From Savitreella phatthalungensis (lineage: Eukaryota): 64,000 nucleotides of DNA. Where the stretch lies: assembly GCA_051599415.1 (NCBI GenBank), contig AP039711.1:1-64000 (forward strand), read 5' to 3'. Positions within the stretch are counted from its first letter, which is position 1; every line of letters starts with the position of its first letter. Under the pieces are notes generated by a model, which was given only the letters and a program-made list of their open reading frames with translations, had not been told where the DNA came from and ran no database searches. Below, in pieces: positions 30,210 to 40,957 of the stretch. The translations under genes were made by a program, and so were the position numbers.

Positions 30210-32618
30210 ATGCGGTGTGGTCATCGCCTTGGCGGTGGACATGCAGGCAGCAGCGTGTTATCGGTGGCTGTGTCGGCTGGGGTGATCTTTGCCGGTTTGC
30301 AGGACGGCCGGATCCTGGAGTACGATGACGACACGTACACCTGTATCCGCGAGCTCCGACACGATGGCCCTGTGCTGTCACTCGTCGTCTCGCACGCACG
30401 CCTGATCTCGTCCGCCGGCGACTCGACCGTCAAAGTGTGGGACCTCCTAAACCGATCACGCGAACCGATCCTCACAGTCTACTCGGTCTACGACGTCGGC
30501 GACATCTTCTCGACCGCTTGCGATGGCGATCGGCTGTGGATCGGGTGTCAGAACACGTCGATCCAGTGGGTCGATATCTCTGTGGACGACGAGCGGGAGA
30601 TCGAGGTCACCGCCAACGCAGCAAAGTACCGCGAACGGCCTCACAAATTCTTCGACAGCAACACCACCTCCGTCACACGCAGAAGGCCATCACTGACGAT
30701 GCGCACGGTTCTCCAGATTGACGAGGACGACGTTGTACAGTACGCTCACTACTCATACGTGTTGTGCTTGCTGGTCGGCCGGTATCGTGGGAGGACACAC
30801 TTGTTTTCAGGGGGTGGTGATGGCGCGGTGAACGTGTGGAGCAGGGATGAGATGAAGCCTGTGTCGTCGCTCGTGGGAGAGCACCCTGTGAATTGCCTCG
30901 CTCAGCGGGATTCCCTCCTGTTTGCTGGTCAGTCGGGAGGTGGGATCTGCGTGTGGGAGCTTGAGACTGACCAGCTGCTGCGCCGGGTGAACGCCCACAC
31001 GCACGACATCCTCGCACTCGCTGTCTGGGGTGACCGTCTGTTCAGCTGCGCCGGTAGAGAGCTCAAGAGCTGGGCAGTCAGAGGCCAACTCGAGTTGGAG
31101 TCGACAGAGGAAGCCCACGCAAAGGTGCTCTGTTGTGCGGCTGGCGCTGCATGCCTTGTGACTGGTGGCAGCGATAACGATGTGGCCGTCTGGCGTGTCG
31201 GTGATCTTTCGACTGGCGGAGGCGGAGCAGGAGGTCAAGGGCGTGATGAGGATGCTGATGCCTTCCTCGCCTCACTCGCCACTATGTGCGCATTCAGATC
31301 CGTCAGCGGGAGCGATAGGCACATCGAGGACTGTCACCTCGCAGCGGCACACCTCAAACACTTGGGAGAATCTCTAGGTGCAGAAGCTCACCTCCTCCCT
31401 ACACAACACAACCCAGTCGTCCTGTTATCGTTCCGCGGAAGTGCGCCAAGACGGCGGTCGCTGTTATTCTACGGGCACTATGACGTGATTTCTGCAGATG
31501 AAAAGTCGTGGAAGACATCGCCATGGCGACTTGCTGGAAGGGATGGGTACCTGTACGCACGCGGAGTCTCCGACAACAAAGGGCCGGTTCTGTCGGCCCT
31601 GTACGCGGCGAGCGAAGCGCGGTCGTCGGACGTCGACATCCACCTCGTGATCGAGGGCGAAGAGGAGAGCGGATCGCGCGGGTTTCGAGAAGCTGTAGAG
31701 GGTGCTCGGGCAAAGGGACTTCTCCCTGACCACGTTGACGAGATCTTCCTGTCAAACTCGTACTGGCTGGACGATCACACGCCGTGTTTGACGTACGGGT
31801 TGCGCGGCGTCATTCGGGCGACAGTCACAGTCGATGCACCTGATCGCCCGGATTTGCACTCTGGTGTCGAGGGTGGTACGGTGCGAGAGCCGATGAGTGA
31901 CTTGTTTGGACTGGTCGCTTCGCTGTCGCGCAATGGGGAAATCACATTGCCTGGATTCTATGATGCCGTGAGAGGGGCTTCTGCGGGGGAACTCGATCTG
32001 TACGGTGCTGTGGCACGGCGTGTCAAGGATACGTCGGTCAGAAGGCTCGAGCAGAAGTGGTCGTTGCCGTCACTCACCGTCCACAAGGTGGATGTGTCGG
32101 GGCCAGGTAACCACACCGTCATTCCAGCTCGCGCAACCGCACACCTGAGCATCCGGATCGTGCCTGACCAGTCACTTGAAAAGGTTGCCGCCTCACTCCG
32201 CGAATTTCTAGAAACAGGCTTTGCGGCACTCGACAGCGGTAACGTCCTCCACGTCGATATCGGCCACACGGCTGATTGGTGGCTGTCCCCGCCGGAGTCT
32301 GCTGCCGTCGACAGATTGAGCTCGATCATTGCAGAAGCATGGTCGCTCGATGAGAAGCCGTTGTTGATTCGTGAGGGTGGATCGATCCCGATGGTCTCCT
32401 TCCTGGAGAAAACCTTCTCGGCAGACACCGTCTTGCACTTCCCGATGGGTCAGGCGTCCGATCAGGCGCATCTCGTGGACGAGCGCCTGCGCGTCGCCAA
32501 CTTGATCAAGGGTCGGTATGTGATGCGTCGCTGGTTCATGTTTGTTGGAGGGACTGCTGGTGAGGAGGCGACTCGGGCGAATGGTCTGAGCTCAGATTCA
32601 GGTCGCGCTCCTTTCTGA
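30210..32618 (+). CDS. DUG2: Glutathione degradosome subunit: WD40 + M20 peptidase domain
   Basis: WD repeats with IGCQNTSIQW; M20 motifs FYGHYDVI, ARGVSDNKGP, EGEEESGS and REGGSIP. Confidence 0.9.
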   Translation: MRCGHRLGGGHAGSSVLSVAVSAGVIFAGLQDGRILEYDDDTYTCIRELRHDGPVLSLVVSHARLISSAGDSTVKVWDLLNRSREPILTVYSVYDVGDIFSTACDGDRLWIGCQNTSIQWVDISVDDEREIEVTANAAKYRERPHKFFDSNTTSVTRRRPSLTMRTVLQIDEDDVVQYAHYSYVLCLLVGRYRGRTHLFSGGGDGAVNVWSRDEMKPVSSLVGEHPVNCLAQRDSLLFAGQSGGGICVWELETDQLLRRVNAHTHDILALAVWGDRLFSCAGRELKSWAVRGQLELESTEEAHAKVLCCAAGAACLVTGGSDNDVAVWRVGDLSTGGGGAGGQGRDEDADAFLASLATMCAFRSVSGSDRHIEDCHLAAAHLKHLGESLGAEAHLLPTQHNPVVLLSFRGSAPRRRSLLFYGHYDVISADEKSWKTSPWRLAGRDGYLYARGVSDNKGPVLSALYAASEARSSDVDIHLVIEGEEESGSRGFREAVEGARAKGLLPDHVDEIFLSNSYWLDDHTPCLTYGLRGVIRATVTVDAPDRPDLHSGVEGGTVREPMSDLFGLVASLSRNGEITLPGFYDAVRGASAGELDLYGAVARRVKDTSVRRLEQKWSLPSLTVHKVDVSGPGNHTVIPARATAHLSIRIVPDQSLEKVAASLREFLETGFAALDSGNVLHVDIGHTADWWLSPPESAAVDRLSSIIAEAWSLDEKPLLIREGGSIPMVSFLEKTFSADTVLHFPMGQASDQAHLVDERLRVANLIKGRYVMRRWFMFVGGTAGEEATRANGLSSDSGRAPF

Positions 32619-35600
32619 ACGTCTTGAGACTTCTTTCGATGGCGGCGAGCCGACGTCGCTCCACGATGAGCTGCTTGTGTGCAAGTCTTTGGATGGTTCT
32701 GCGGGTGTGGATCTCGTGCGCTGCCCAGTACTGTGACAAGGTGTCTGCGAGCGTAGTCTCGAGATACCTGAGTTGGGCACCCAGTTTCTGGAGGGTCTCG
32801 TGCGAGAGTCGAAGCTCCTGCTGAGCGCGATGACGCTGCCTCGCCCGTGCGTCCGCCAACAGACCTAGAGACAACACCGCCCCAAGGCCAGGCCGAGGAT
32901 CGTCCGAGTGGCCGGAACGATTGAGGGCAGCCTCGCATCGCTCGACGATCCCGCGCTGGATGCGCATTTCACCAGCGATGTCCTGTGGCAGCCGCAAGGA
33001 CGCGAGAAGCCCCCTGGCGGCGGCCGAAGTGGATGAGAAGTACAGCTGGAGGGCATGGTAGGGTGACGGATCCTCTGGAGATAGGGCGTCTCCAAGTTGC
33101 TCGAATGCGATCTGGTCGAGCTCTTTTGAGAGTGCCCCGATAGCGACGCCCAGATTCAACTGCGCGTCCCCGATAGCGCCTGTACGCCTGCCAGCGAGGT
33201 CGAATGCCCGCTGGAGCTGTGACATCTGGACAGAGGCGTGGGCGAAGAAGGTCTCCGTAGAGGTAGAATCTGTCAAAGGTTTTTCTTCTCGCCAGATGCG
33301 TTCGAGTGAGCTGCCGAGCTCGAGGTCGAGCTTCGGCTTGATGTTGACGGTGTCCCTTGTCGGCGAGAGGATGAATTCCCAGAGCACTGGATGGCTGGAC
33401 GTCTCTGCATCTGCTAGCAGCCAGCCGAGCAGTGAGTCAAGCACGTCGACTGTATGTCCCGTGACACTTCTCGCGAGCCTGGTGATGACGAGCGGATCTG
33501 GGAGATCGAGGTCGAGTGGCGGAATTGCTCTCTCTGGGAATCTCGCCGCAAGGAGGTCTCTGAGTTCGCGAAAATCGTCGACTGATCTAAGGACGCCGCC
33601 ACCTGTCCTGCACTTGACGAGGTACATCACATGGTGGTCGAGGACGTGCGGTCTCAGAACCTTTGCGTCTCTGCCAGCACACGCCCACTCGTCAAGCAAC
33701 ACCCTCACGGCATCGTTCCTGACGACGTCGCCTGCGTGTAAACCTCGGAGATCGACCGTGTCGTCCGGATCGATCTCGAAGAGTCGTTTGAGGACGGGCA
33801 AGTTGCCTTCGCGCGCTGCGATGTGGAGTGGTGAAAGCCCTTGAGCGGTACGCTCGTTCTGTGAGAGGCCGTGGCGTAGACAGAGGTTGAACATGGCGAG
33901 GGAGGCTCTGGCGGCGTAGTGGATGACGGCGTTCCCGCGCGCGTCACGGGCATGGTTGTCAACTTTCTCGTGACCTAATAGCCGGGCAAGCACGTCCAGT
34001 CTGGCGAATTTGGCCGCCGTCAACAAAGGTGTCAAACCCTTGTCATTGACCGCGTCAAAGTCACCATCACACCGATCGAGGATCGCCGTCATAACGGAGA
34101 CGCTGTTAGCAACGTGAGCGAGCGTGTTACCTTTTGGGTCGACGTGGTGCTGCAAGTGGACGGGTCGAGGGATGACGTCGAGGGCACGAGCCAGCAGGGT
34201 ATCGTAGTTCCGATGGTCGTAAACTTTCGCGAGCACCTGGAGCGGCGTCAACCCAGCTTTGTCCTTGATCCGCCAGCCGACCAGTACACCGATATCCTCA
34301 ATCAATTCCGGCCGCTCGTATATCCTATGTGCAAGCGTCTGCCCCGTTGTTGAATCGCGCTCATTGATTAGAAGATGTGCGTCTTGGAGATCGAGCACCC
34401 TGTCAAGAACCGTGTCAAAGACTTCATCATCCGCTAGGTGGCGGTACAGAAGTGTCGACAGATTCGAGCTGGAACATGGCAGCTCGAGCAGCTGTAGCAG
34501 CCCACGGCGATTCGCGACTTGATGTGGTGTCCTGTCTTGCAGGTCACGTACTTCCACTAGCTCAGGCTTGTTTCTTGCCATGCGCATGGCTGCTGAGAGG
34601 TCCCCGTTGGTCAGGAGTTCGAAAAATTCGCGATTGTATGAAGAGGTTGCGGCGAGTTGCCGTCGTGAAGTGTTGATGTGGTAAATGACGGCCTCGAGGG
34701 TGGAGATGGCGAAACCGCTTTCACCTGACTGCGTGTCTAGGAAGCTGAAATGCTGAATGTAGGCCAGGTTGGCGAGCAGATTAGAAACGTCCCCTCGCAG
34801 GACGACGGCGACGAGCAGAGGGATCAGGTCATCTGCCGATTTCTCACTGTTGCGCATGAGGACGTCCATGGTGGCGAGAAGAGCTTCGAGCTTGGCTTGG
34901 GGTGACTGCCGCCGCCCAAGCTGACCGAAGTGATCGAGTGCGAGTGCAAGCCTGCGTCTGAGGTCGAGTGAGCTGGTAGTGCCTAGCTGTGTGACGTCAA
35001 CGTGTCTACACCTGCTCACAACGCTTGCCACGTCCTCGTCGTCATGCTTGGTCGCTCTGCAGACCTTGAAGAAGATCAAGTCGTACAGTTCCGTCATGAT
35101 GTGTCGCTCGAGCATGCCTTCAACTTCGGGTCCTGTCAGACCAGTCTCGAGGCCGATTCGATGGAGGAGTGACTGTGGTAGCTCACCGAATGCTCTGATC
35201 GCCCCAGACACAATTCCGTCAACTTCCTGGCGCATAGCTGCAAATAGAGGTTCTGTAGCTCGCCGCCGAGCTTCCAAAGGATCCAGTGATGCTGCTGCTG
35301 CAGGATCTGTCCCGATTTCCATAGCCTCACTCCCTGGAATCGTCTCCGTCTCGGTGTCCGAATCTGTACTCGTGTGCACTCTTGGTGACTCTATAGGGTG
35401 ATCAAGCCTGCCAGACCCGACCTCGTCATGGACTTGTTCTCTGAAATCATCCAACAGGGAAGACAGCTTGTGGTCGACAGTTCCGATAGCTGTGTACCGC
35501 TTGCATAGCTCTGCCCAGGAGGATAGTTGTGGTGGAGGTACCGTAGATGGCGGATTTGGGGGCTTCCCTGGTGCACCTGTGAGTGGTCGGTCGAGAAAGA

Positions 35601-35983
35601 AGACTAGAACAGGTCTGCCGTCGTCGAGCCAGAACAAACTGTCGTGGAGGATTCTGATCTCCTTGACACCTTTGAAGCCTCTGTGAGGGTAGACGACGTC
35701 ATCCTTGATAACTACTGTACGCCCATCCAGTGTCGGATACACCCTGGCACGTCCATGCTGTGGCTTCTTAGGCGGTAGAAGGATATGCGCTTCAAGGAGT
35801 GAGGTGCCAGACTCTTCGAGCTGGTCAATGTACTGCGTTCCGGCCTCTCGATCCCAGAGCGAGAGAGGAAGCTATAGGAGCCAAAATGATAGCATCGTCT
35901 GTAAGCGCGCGCGCAAGGAGTGTATGTCCAGCATCTCTTGATAGCAGCTTCTGAAGGAATGGATTTGGCGGCGGTCTCTCCAT
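32536..35983 (-). CDS. VPS9 (Rab GEF) + ankyrin repeat + PX-like domain protein; apparent frameshift near 35860-35872
   Basis: SADDLIPLL VPS9 motif and ankyrin repeats (GLTPL, GNTLAH, GLSPLH). The N-terminus MERPPPNPFL lies in an adjacent frame. Confidence 0.8.
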
Positions 35984-36455
35984 CCGTTGGCGGTGGAGGA
36001 CGAGGACGTGAACCCTGATCCCGGTTGGGACGACAGAGGAAGTCCTAATGTGACTTCCGGCGGCCAAACAATAGACTCTGACCGATACTCTACCGACTGA
36101 TGAGCTTCTCAGAGTCTACAAAAGACTAGAACGGGAGCAAGATGGTGTTGTGGACGTTGTTGTTGATGATGAAAGGGGAGGATGAGCGTCTGTCTTGTGA
36201 AAGGTGTGTTTAGTCTGTGCGCCAAATTTAGAAACTTTGGAGATTTCCCAATTTGTGCGAGTGTGACGTGACACAGAACAACGTCCTCGTCAACGTCCTC
36301 AACAACATCCTCGAAGGAGTTCAACACGAAAGACAGCTAGCACATAGTCATTTTGTGCTAGCCAGTAGCAGTCACTGTCACAGCCAGAGTCAGGGTCACG
36401 CGATTGGAGGAGATCTGTAGTTGCTGGGTGCTTACTGCTCCGAGAGCCTTAAATA

Positions 36456-37403
36456 ATGCTGCTGTTATCTACGTCAACAGTCAGAACACTGGGTGCTCCT
36501 TCGCTGAGATCGAGTAGAGCCGCTTACAGATTACGGAGATCATCTACAGAACCACAGCGGCAAGCTCCATTTCCTTTCCTGTGGCCATCACTCGATCCAC
36601 CTCCGAGAACAACACCGTACGCATTCAAGCCGGTCATCGGGATGAATCCGGACAAGCTTGGAGACCGGCTGTTTGCGTTTGCAATGGGGTTCCTGTGCAG
36701 GTACAAGGGCTTGAATCGTGCTCTGAATGCTGGCTGGACGAGTATGTTGCTTACGCGGGAGACATTTCCACGTCAGTTTGTCGCTGGAGCTGTGGTTGCA
36801 TTCGAGGAGTTTCTACGGCGGTGTTCGTGTACCACTCCTGATGATCGTGACATCTCCGCACTCTGCGACCCTGGGCTCACGTCTCTCCTCCAGCCGTACC
36901 TGGCGGGCGATCGGCCCGAGGAGCCTTCCATCAAGCTGATCTCGAAAGGCGGGCAGGTGGGGATCAAGGATGTGTGGCTGCTGCTGGGTGAGGAGAGTGC
37001 GTTTGATGGAGATGCTAGACACTTTGACCGTGGACTGCTTCAGACGAGGGAAGCTATGGACCCACGCTCGTCCACAGGCATTCTTCAGCTCCCATTCACC
37101 TCTGCCGTTCAGCGTGACCGCGATCTACCGGTCCTCGCACTCGAAAGTGCAGGCGGTCTGCGAATCCACATCGACGTTGCGTTCGAGGGCAAGTTCGAAT
37201 ATGGGTACGAAGGCGAGGTGCTCGAGCAACAACGATCCGCTGTTGTTCGGTTCTCCTCACAGCACTTTGGTCCTGCAAGGGGACCTCTGGAAACGGCAGA
37301 GCAGAGAACCAGACGGATACTCGAGCTCAGAGACACGATTCAATGGAGAATCTCCGATGTAGACTACGTGGTCAGCGGTGCGTCAACCGAGGATCAGTCA
37401 TAA
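36456..37403 (+). CDS. Hypothetical protein, probably mitochondrial; possibly Tim44/Mba1/MAIP1-like fold
   Basis: Arg/Ser-rich presequence-like N-terminus; FVAGAVVAF, IHIDVAF and WRISDVD are reminiscent of Tim44-like domains. Confidence 0.55.
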   Translation: MLLLSTSTVRTLGAPSLRSSRAAYRLRRSSTEPQRQAPFPFLWPSLDPPPRTTPYAFKPVIGMNPDKLGDRLFAFAMGFLCRYKGLNRALNAGWTSMLLTRETFPRQFVAGAVVAFEEFLRRCSCTTPDDRDISALCDPGLTSLLQPYLAGDRPEEPSIKLISKGGQVGIKDVWLLLGEESAFDGDARHFDRGLLQTREAMDPRSSTGILQLPFTSAVQRDRDLPVLALESAGGLRIHIDVAFEGKFEYGYEGEVLEQQRSAVVRFSSQHFGPARGPLETAEQRTRRILELRDTIQWRISDVDYVVSGASTEDQS

Positions 37404-37591
37404 GCCTGTAGGTCTATCACTCATCTGTACAGGTGTCTGTCCACGCAACAAACTCCAGAGCTGCCTTTTGACTTGGTAGCATCGGCAGTGTTTGTGCGTG
37501 AGTGTGTGAAGATGCTCTAGGATATCCCTTTACCCGTTCCTATATATTACATTTGTGCATCTGTGTCGATACGGAGATCAGACTTGTGTGG

Positions 37592-37891
37592 ATGACGCAG
37601 GACAGACTTGCTCTACCCGACAGGGCCTCTGCTGGGGACTCTTCATCCTCAGATGCGAGAACTCAGACTCAGACGCAGACGCAGACGCTTACGGTCGATG
37701 GGGAGCGGATATCGCTCGACGTTCTTGGACCGATGGTCATCAACTCTGATGGGTCTGTTTCGCGGATAGCCAACTGGCATGACTTGACTGAAGCAGAACA
37801 GGCTCGAATACTGCGAGTGATAGCACGGAGGAATGCTGCACGGCGACAGGCTCTCGAAAGGCTTTCAGATGGTGAAGCACCGTCCGCTTGA
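37592..37891 (+). CDS. Small conserved fungal hypothetical protein
   Basis: LDVLGPMVINSDGSVSRIANWHDLTEAEQARILRVIARRN resembles a widespread uncharacterised family. Confidence 0.75.
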   Translation: MTQDRLALPDRASAGDSSSSDARTQTQTQTQTLTVDGERISLDVLGPMVINSDGSVSRIANWHDLTEAEQARILRVIARRNAARRQALERLSDGEAPSA

Positions 37892-38034
37892 GAAGGCGCT
37901 TACCAAGTAATACATCATGGACTACTATGAAGTCTTAGTCGTCTCGTTTTCCTGCTGATCATGGTGATAGATGACTACATGCTACAAAGGGTTTAGACGG
38001 AGTACGAGTACGTATTTTGGTAGGGAGACGTGGA

Positions 38035-39093
38035 CTATGGGTCCTGAGAGCCAGAAGGAGGTCCACCGAGCTCTCCGTTGCGCATTTGCTCTGCGAGACG
38101 TCTTACTTCTGGATCATTCATGTCTGGTAGTCCTCCGCCGTTCATGAAGTTCTGAGCCATCTGTGCCATCTGCGGGTTGCGCATGAACGAGTCGAGTGCG
38201 CCTGACTGCATGAGATTGTTTGCCATGTTCATGAACTGTGGATTGTTTAGGATGCCTGCGAGATCTGGTGCACCACCACCTCCACCACCTCCTGCTCCTC
38301 CAAACATGCTCGCCAGGCTTGCAAAGTCCGGCATGCCCTGACCAGCGCCTGCGCCCGGAGCACCTCCAGTGGCTGCAGGTGATCGCTCGCCTGCGTTGCT
38401 CTCCCCGCGCTGCTGCAGCTTGCGCGTGACTGTCTCGAGACCGCGCTGCATGACTTCACTCTGAGGGTCGACTTCAACGCCCTTGGCGTACGACTTCTTT
38501 GCTGCTTCCAGGTCGCCGCTCGCGAACTGTGCATGGCCAAGCCGACTCCAGGCCTTTCCGTATGACGGATCGATCTCTGCAGCGAGTTGTGCGTCTGCGA
38601 TGGCGAGATCGTGCTGGCCGTTTGAGGAGTAGGCGGCCGCGCGGTTGGACAGGAAGATCTTGCCGTCTGGAATCAGGTCGAGCGCTTCCGAGTAGTGTGA
38701 GATGGCCTCTTCATAGTTCTTCGCCGACATGGCCTTGTTACCCTTGACCTTGAAGGCCTCTGCTTTCGCGAGCGTGTCTGCGTCTACACTTGCGGCTGCG
38801 CCGCCAGCAGGCTTAGCGGCCTGAGTTGAAGAAGCAGCAGCAGCGGCAGGAGCTGCATCGTTAGATGATGCAACTGCGGGTGCGGCAGAAGCACTGCCTC
38901 CACTGGCACGTTCATACACGCCAAAGATCTGCTCTAGTGTAGCCTTGGGCTTTGTGGCTCCATCAGTGGCAAAGACGTCTGAGATGCATTGACGAGCGAC
39001 ATCGATAGACTCCTTGTCATCCTTGCTGACGTCTGCGCGGTCGAGGAAGTCGCAGATGGCTGCAGCCAGGCTACGCTGTGAATCTGATGGCAT
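38035..39093 (-). CDS. SGT2: Small glutamine-rich TPR co-chaperone Sgt2 (GET pathway)
   Basis: N-terminal dimerisation motif ESIDVARQCI, three TPRs (SNRAAAYS, YGKAWSRLG) and a Met-rich STI1-like C-terminus. Confidence 0.95.
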   Translation of the reverse strand: MPSDSQRSLAAAICDFLDRADVSKDDKESIDVARQCISDVFATDGATKPKATLEQIFGVYERASGGSASAAPAVASSNDAAPAAAAASSTQAAKPAGGAAASVDADTLAKAEAFKVKGNKAMSAKNYEEAISHYSEALDLIPDGKIFLSNRAAAYSSNGQHDLAIADAQLAAEIDPSYGKAWSRLGHAQFASGDLEAAKKSYAKGVEVDPQSEVMQRGLETVTRKLQQRGESNAGERSPAATGGAPGAGAGQGMPDFASLASMFGGAGGGGGGGAPDLAGILNNPQFMNMANNLMQSGALDSFMRNPQMAQMAQNFMNGGGLPDMNDPEVRRLAEQMRNGELGGPPSGSQDP

Positions 39094-39546
39094 CCTTGTA
39101 GTGAAATGAGAAGGAAACACTCTGCGTATATGGGCTTTGTTGTACAGCAGGTGTTAGACAGATGCCCGTGAGTGATCTCGACGACTGAGTAGACGAAGGA
39201 TGAGCTTGAAGATGAGCTTGAGGCGGATGAAGAGTGTGTACGTGTACGTGTGTTGGTGTGCTTTGTGAGATGGCTGTGGGGTTCGAAGGAAAGTTCTGAA
39301 GTTTCTGTGACAGGGATGCACGAACTCAGAAATACAAAAACTCATCAACTCACTCGCACGCACACACAACAGCCGCCACCAAGACAACTTCCCACCGTTA
39401 CTCATCAAGTCTGAGTGGAAGTCATACACAATTGCCGCTGTGTTCTAGTCCATTGGCAGTCTCAGTCTCATTTGGGTCTAGTTCAAGGGTCTCTTGACTG
39501 CGTCTACGGCTCAATGTAGTCTTTGTTTCTTTGTCATCTTCACAAT

Positions 39547-40500
39547 TCAAGCTTGCTCGTGAGGTCTTCTCTCCTTCGACAGCGGCGGAGCGACGTCCTG
39601 CGTCTGTGCCTGTGCTTGTACTCGTGGCTGTGCTTGACGGTACTCCGTGTGCTTGTTGGTGACATCACCGAGTGCCGTGCCAGTCTCCTCCTTGATACCT
39701 TTACCCTTGAGTCCTCCACCGTCACCACCGGCTGCCGTCGTACTGCTCTTCCCCTGCCAGAAGAAGTGCTTCTTCTTCGGCTCAGCCTCGATCGCCATCA
39801 CCTGATCTGCCGATGGCGTCGACAGATCCACCTCGTCAAACTCGCCTGACGCATCTCCATCGCCCTCACCTTCGACGACACCAGCCCGTGACGGCGCACT
39901 CTGCTCGACCTGCTGCCCAGGCGGCGGTAGCGCAGCCGGCGGCAATACCATTCCTGCGGGCTCGGTGCTTCTGCTTTGATCTTGTGTCTGAGGTTGTACT
40001 TGAGCCTGAGTCTGGGTTTGAGTCTGGGTAACCCCACTGCTGACAGTGCGACTTGGAGATCGGAGTTCGTCCATGGACGGCCTGATATCGAAGCTTCTCC
40101 TGTACCCATCGAACGATGCTCTCGGGATTGTGAACCCTGTGTCCTCCGCATCGTGGGCATCGATCGCTTGGCGGTACCTGCTGCTGGATGACGTCTTTCG
40201 CCCTCCTGACTCACCCTCTCCAAGAGATATACCCGACCGCGCTGATCTGAGCGACAGCCGTGATAGAAATGACTGCTTCTCAGGCGGCGATGGTGGAATG
40301 AATGTTCCAGACTCCGGGTCTACTGATGATAGCTTGTACTCTGGCTCTGGATCGCGTGCTCGGATAGACGGCGATACATCGACTGGTTTCTGTGTCGTTG
40401 TTTTGCTCGTGGCGGTGGTTGTGTTTGTGCTCCGCTCCTCTGACGGTGACTCTACTACCGTGGATTCTGTAGGCTGCGATCGGCGAAAGATCTTCTTCAT
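39547..40500 (-). CDS. Conserved fungal hypothetical low-complexity protein
   Basis: Long ORF with islands EYKLS..SGTFIPPSPPEK, FTIPRASFDGYRRSFDI and FDEVDL. Confidence 0.7.
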   Translation of the reverse strand: MKKIFRRSQPTESTVVESPSEERSTNTTTATSKTTTQKPVDVSPSIRARDPEPEYKLSSVDPESGTFIPPSPPEKQSFLSRLSLRSARSGISLGEGESGGRKTSSSSRYRQAIDAHDAEDTGFTIPRASFDGYRRSFDIRPSMDELRSPSRTVSSGVTQTQTQTQAQVQPQTQDQSRSTEPAGMVLPPAALPPPGQQVEQSAPSRAGVVEGEGDGDASGEFDEVDLSTPSADQVMAIEAEPKKKHFFWQGKSSTTAAGGDGGGLKGKGIKEETGTALGDVTNKHTEYRQAQPRVQAQAQTQDVAPPLSKERRPHEQA

Positions 40501-40957
40501 CTCGTGCTCTTTGCTTCTGAGCTACAGACAACTGTGTGTATCTCTGTGTGGTAGTGTCTGTGTCTTGTCGTGTCTGTGGGACGGTCGCACAGACCTGTGA
40601 GAAAAACGTCACTTGTCACCTGTCACTTGCTCGCGTGTGTGGGTAGTACAATCTTGTGCGATCCCTCGTAAGAGCTCCTCAACGGCTGTTACGCTAGGCT
40701 TCAGGATATGCTCAAACACTTGTTGTATAGAGTCGAGTACGTCGGTAAGTTCACTCTTCTGTATTTACGCTTGCTTCCAGTTGTCTTTACTTGGCTACGG
40801 CTTGGATACCCAATTACAGATTACCGACGTCATACACACACATCCCATGGGCATATGTTGAAATTTACTCTACCGCACAGGACAACCCAGAACATGTCCT
40901 TCAGGCAGAAACTGTCCCTTACAGATGAACGTGCTGCCCTGCAAGGAACTCGGACTC

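Noticed and set aside
36072..36118. 10-bp inverted repeat TAGACTCTGA/TCAGAGTCTA enclosing TGATGA
   Set aside because: Box order and size do not fit a C/D snoRNA or a hammerhead; a single short hairpin can occur by chance.
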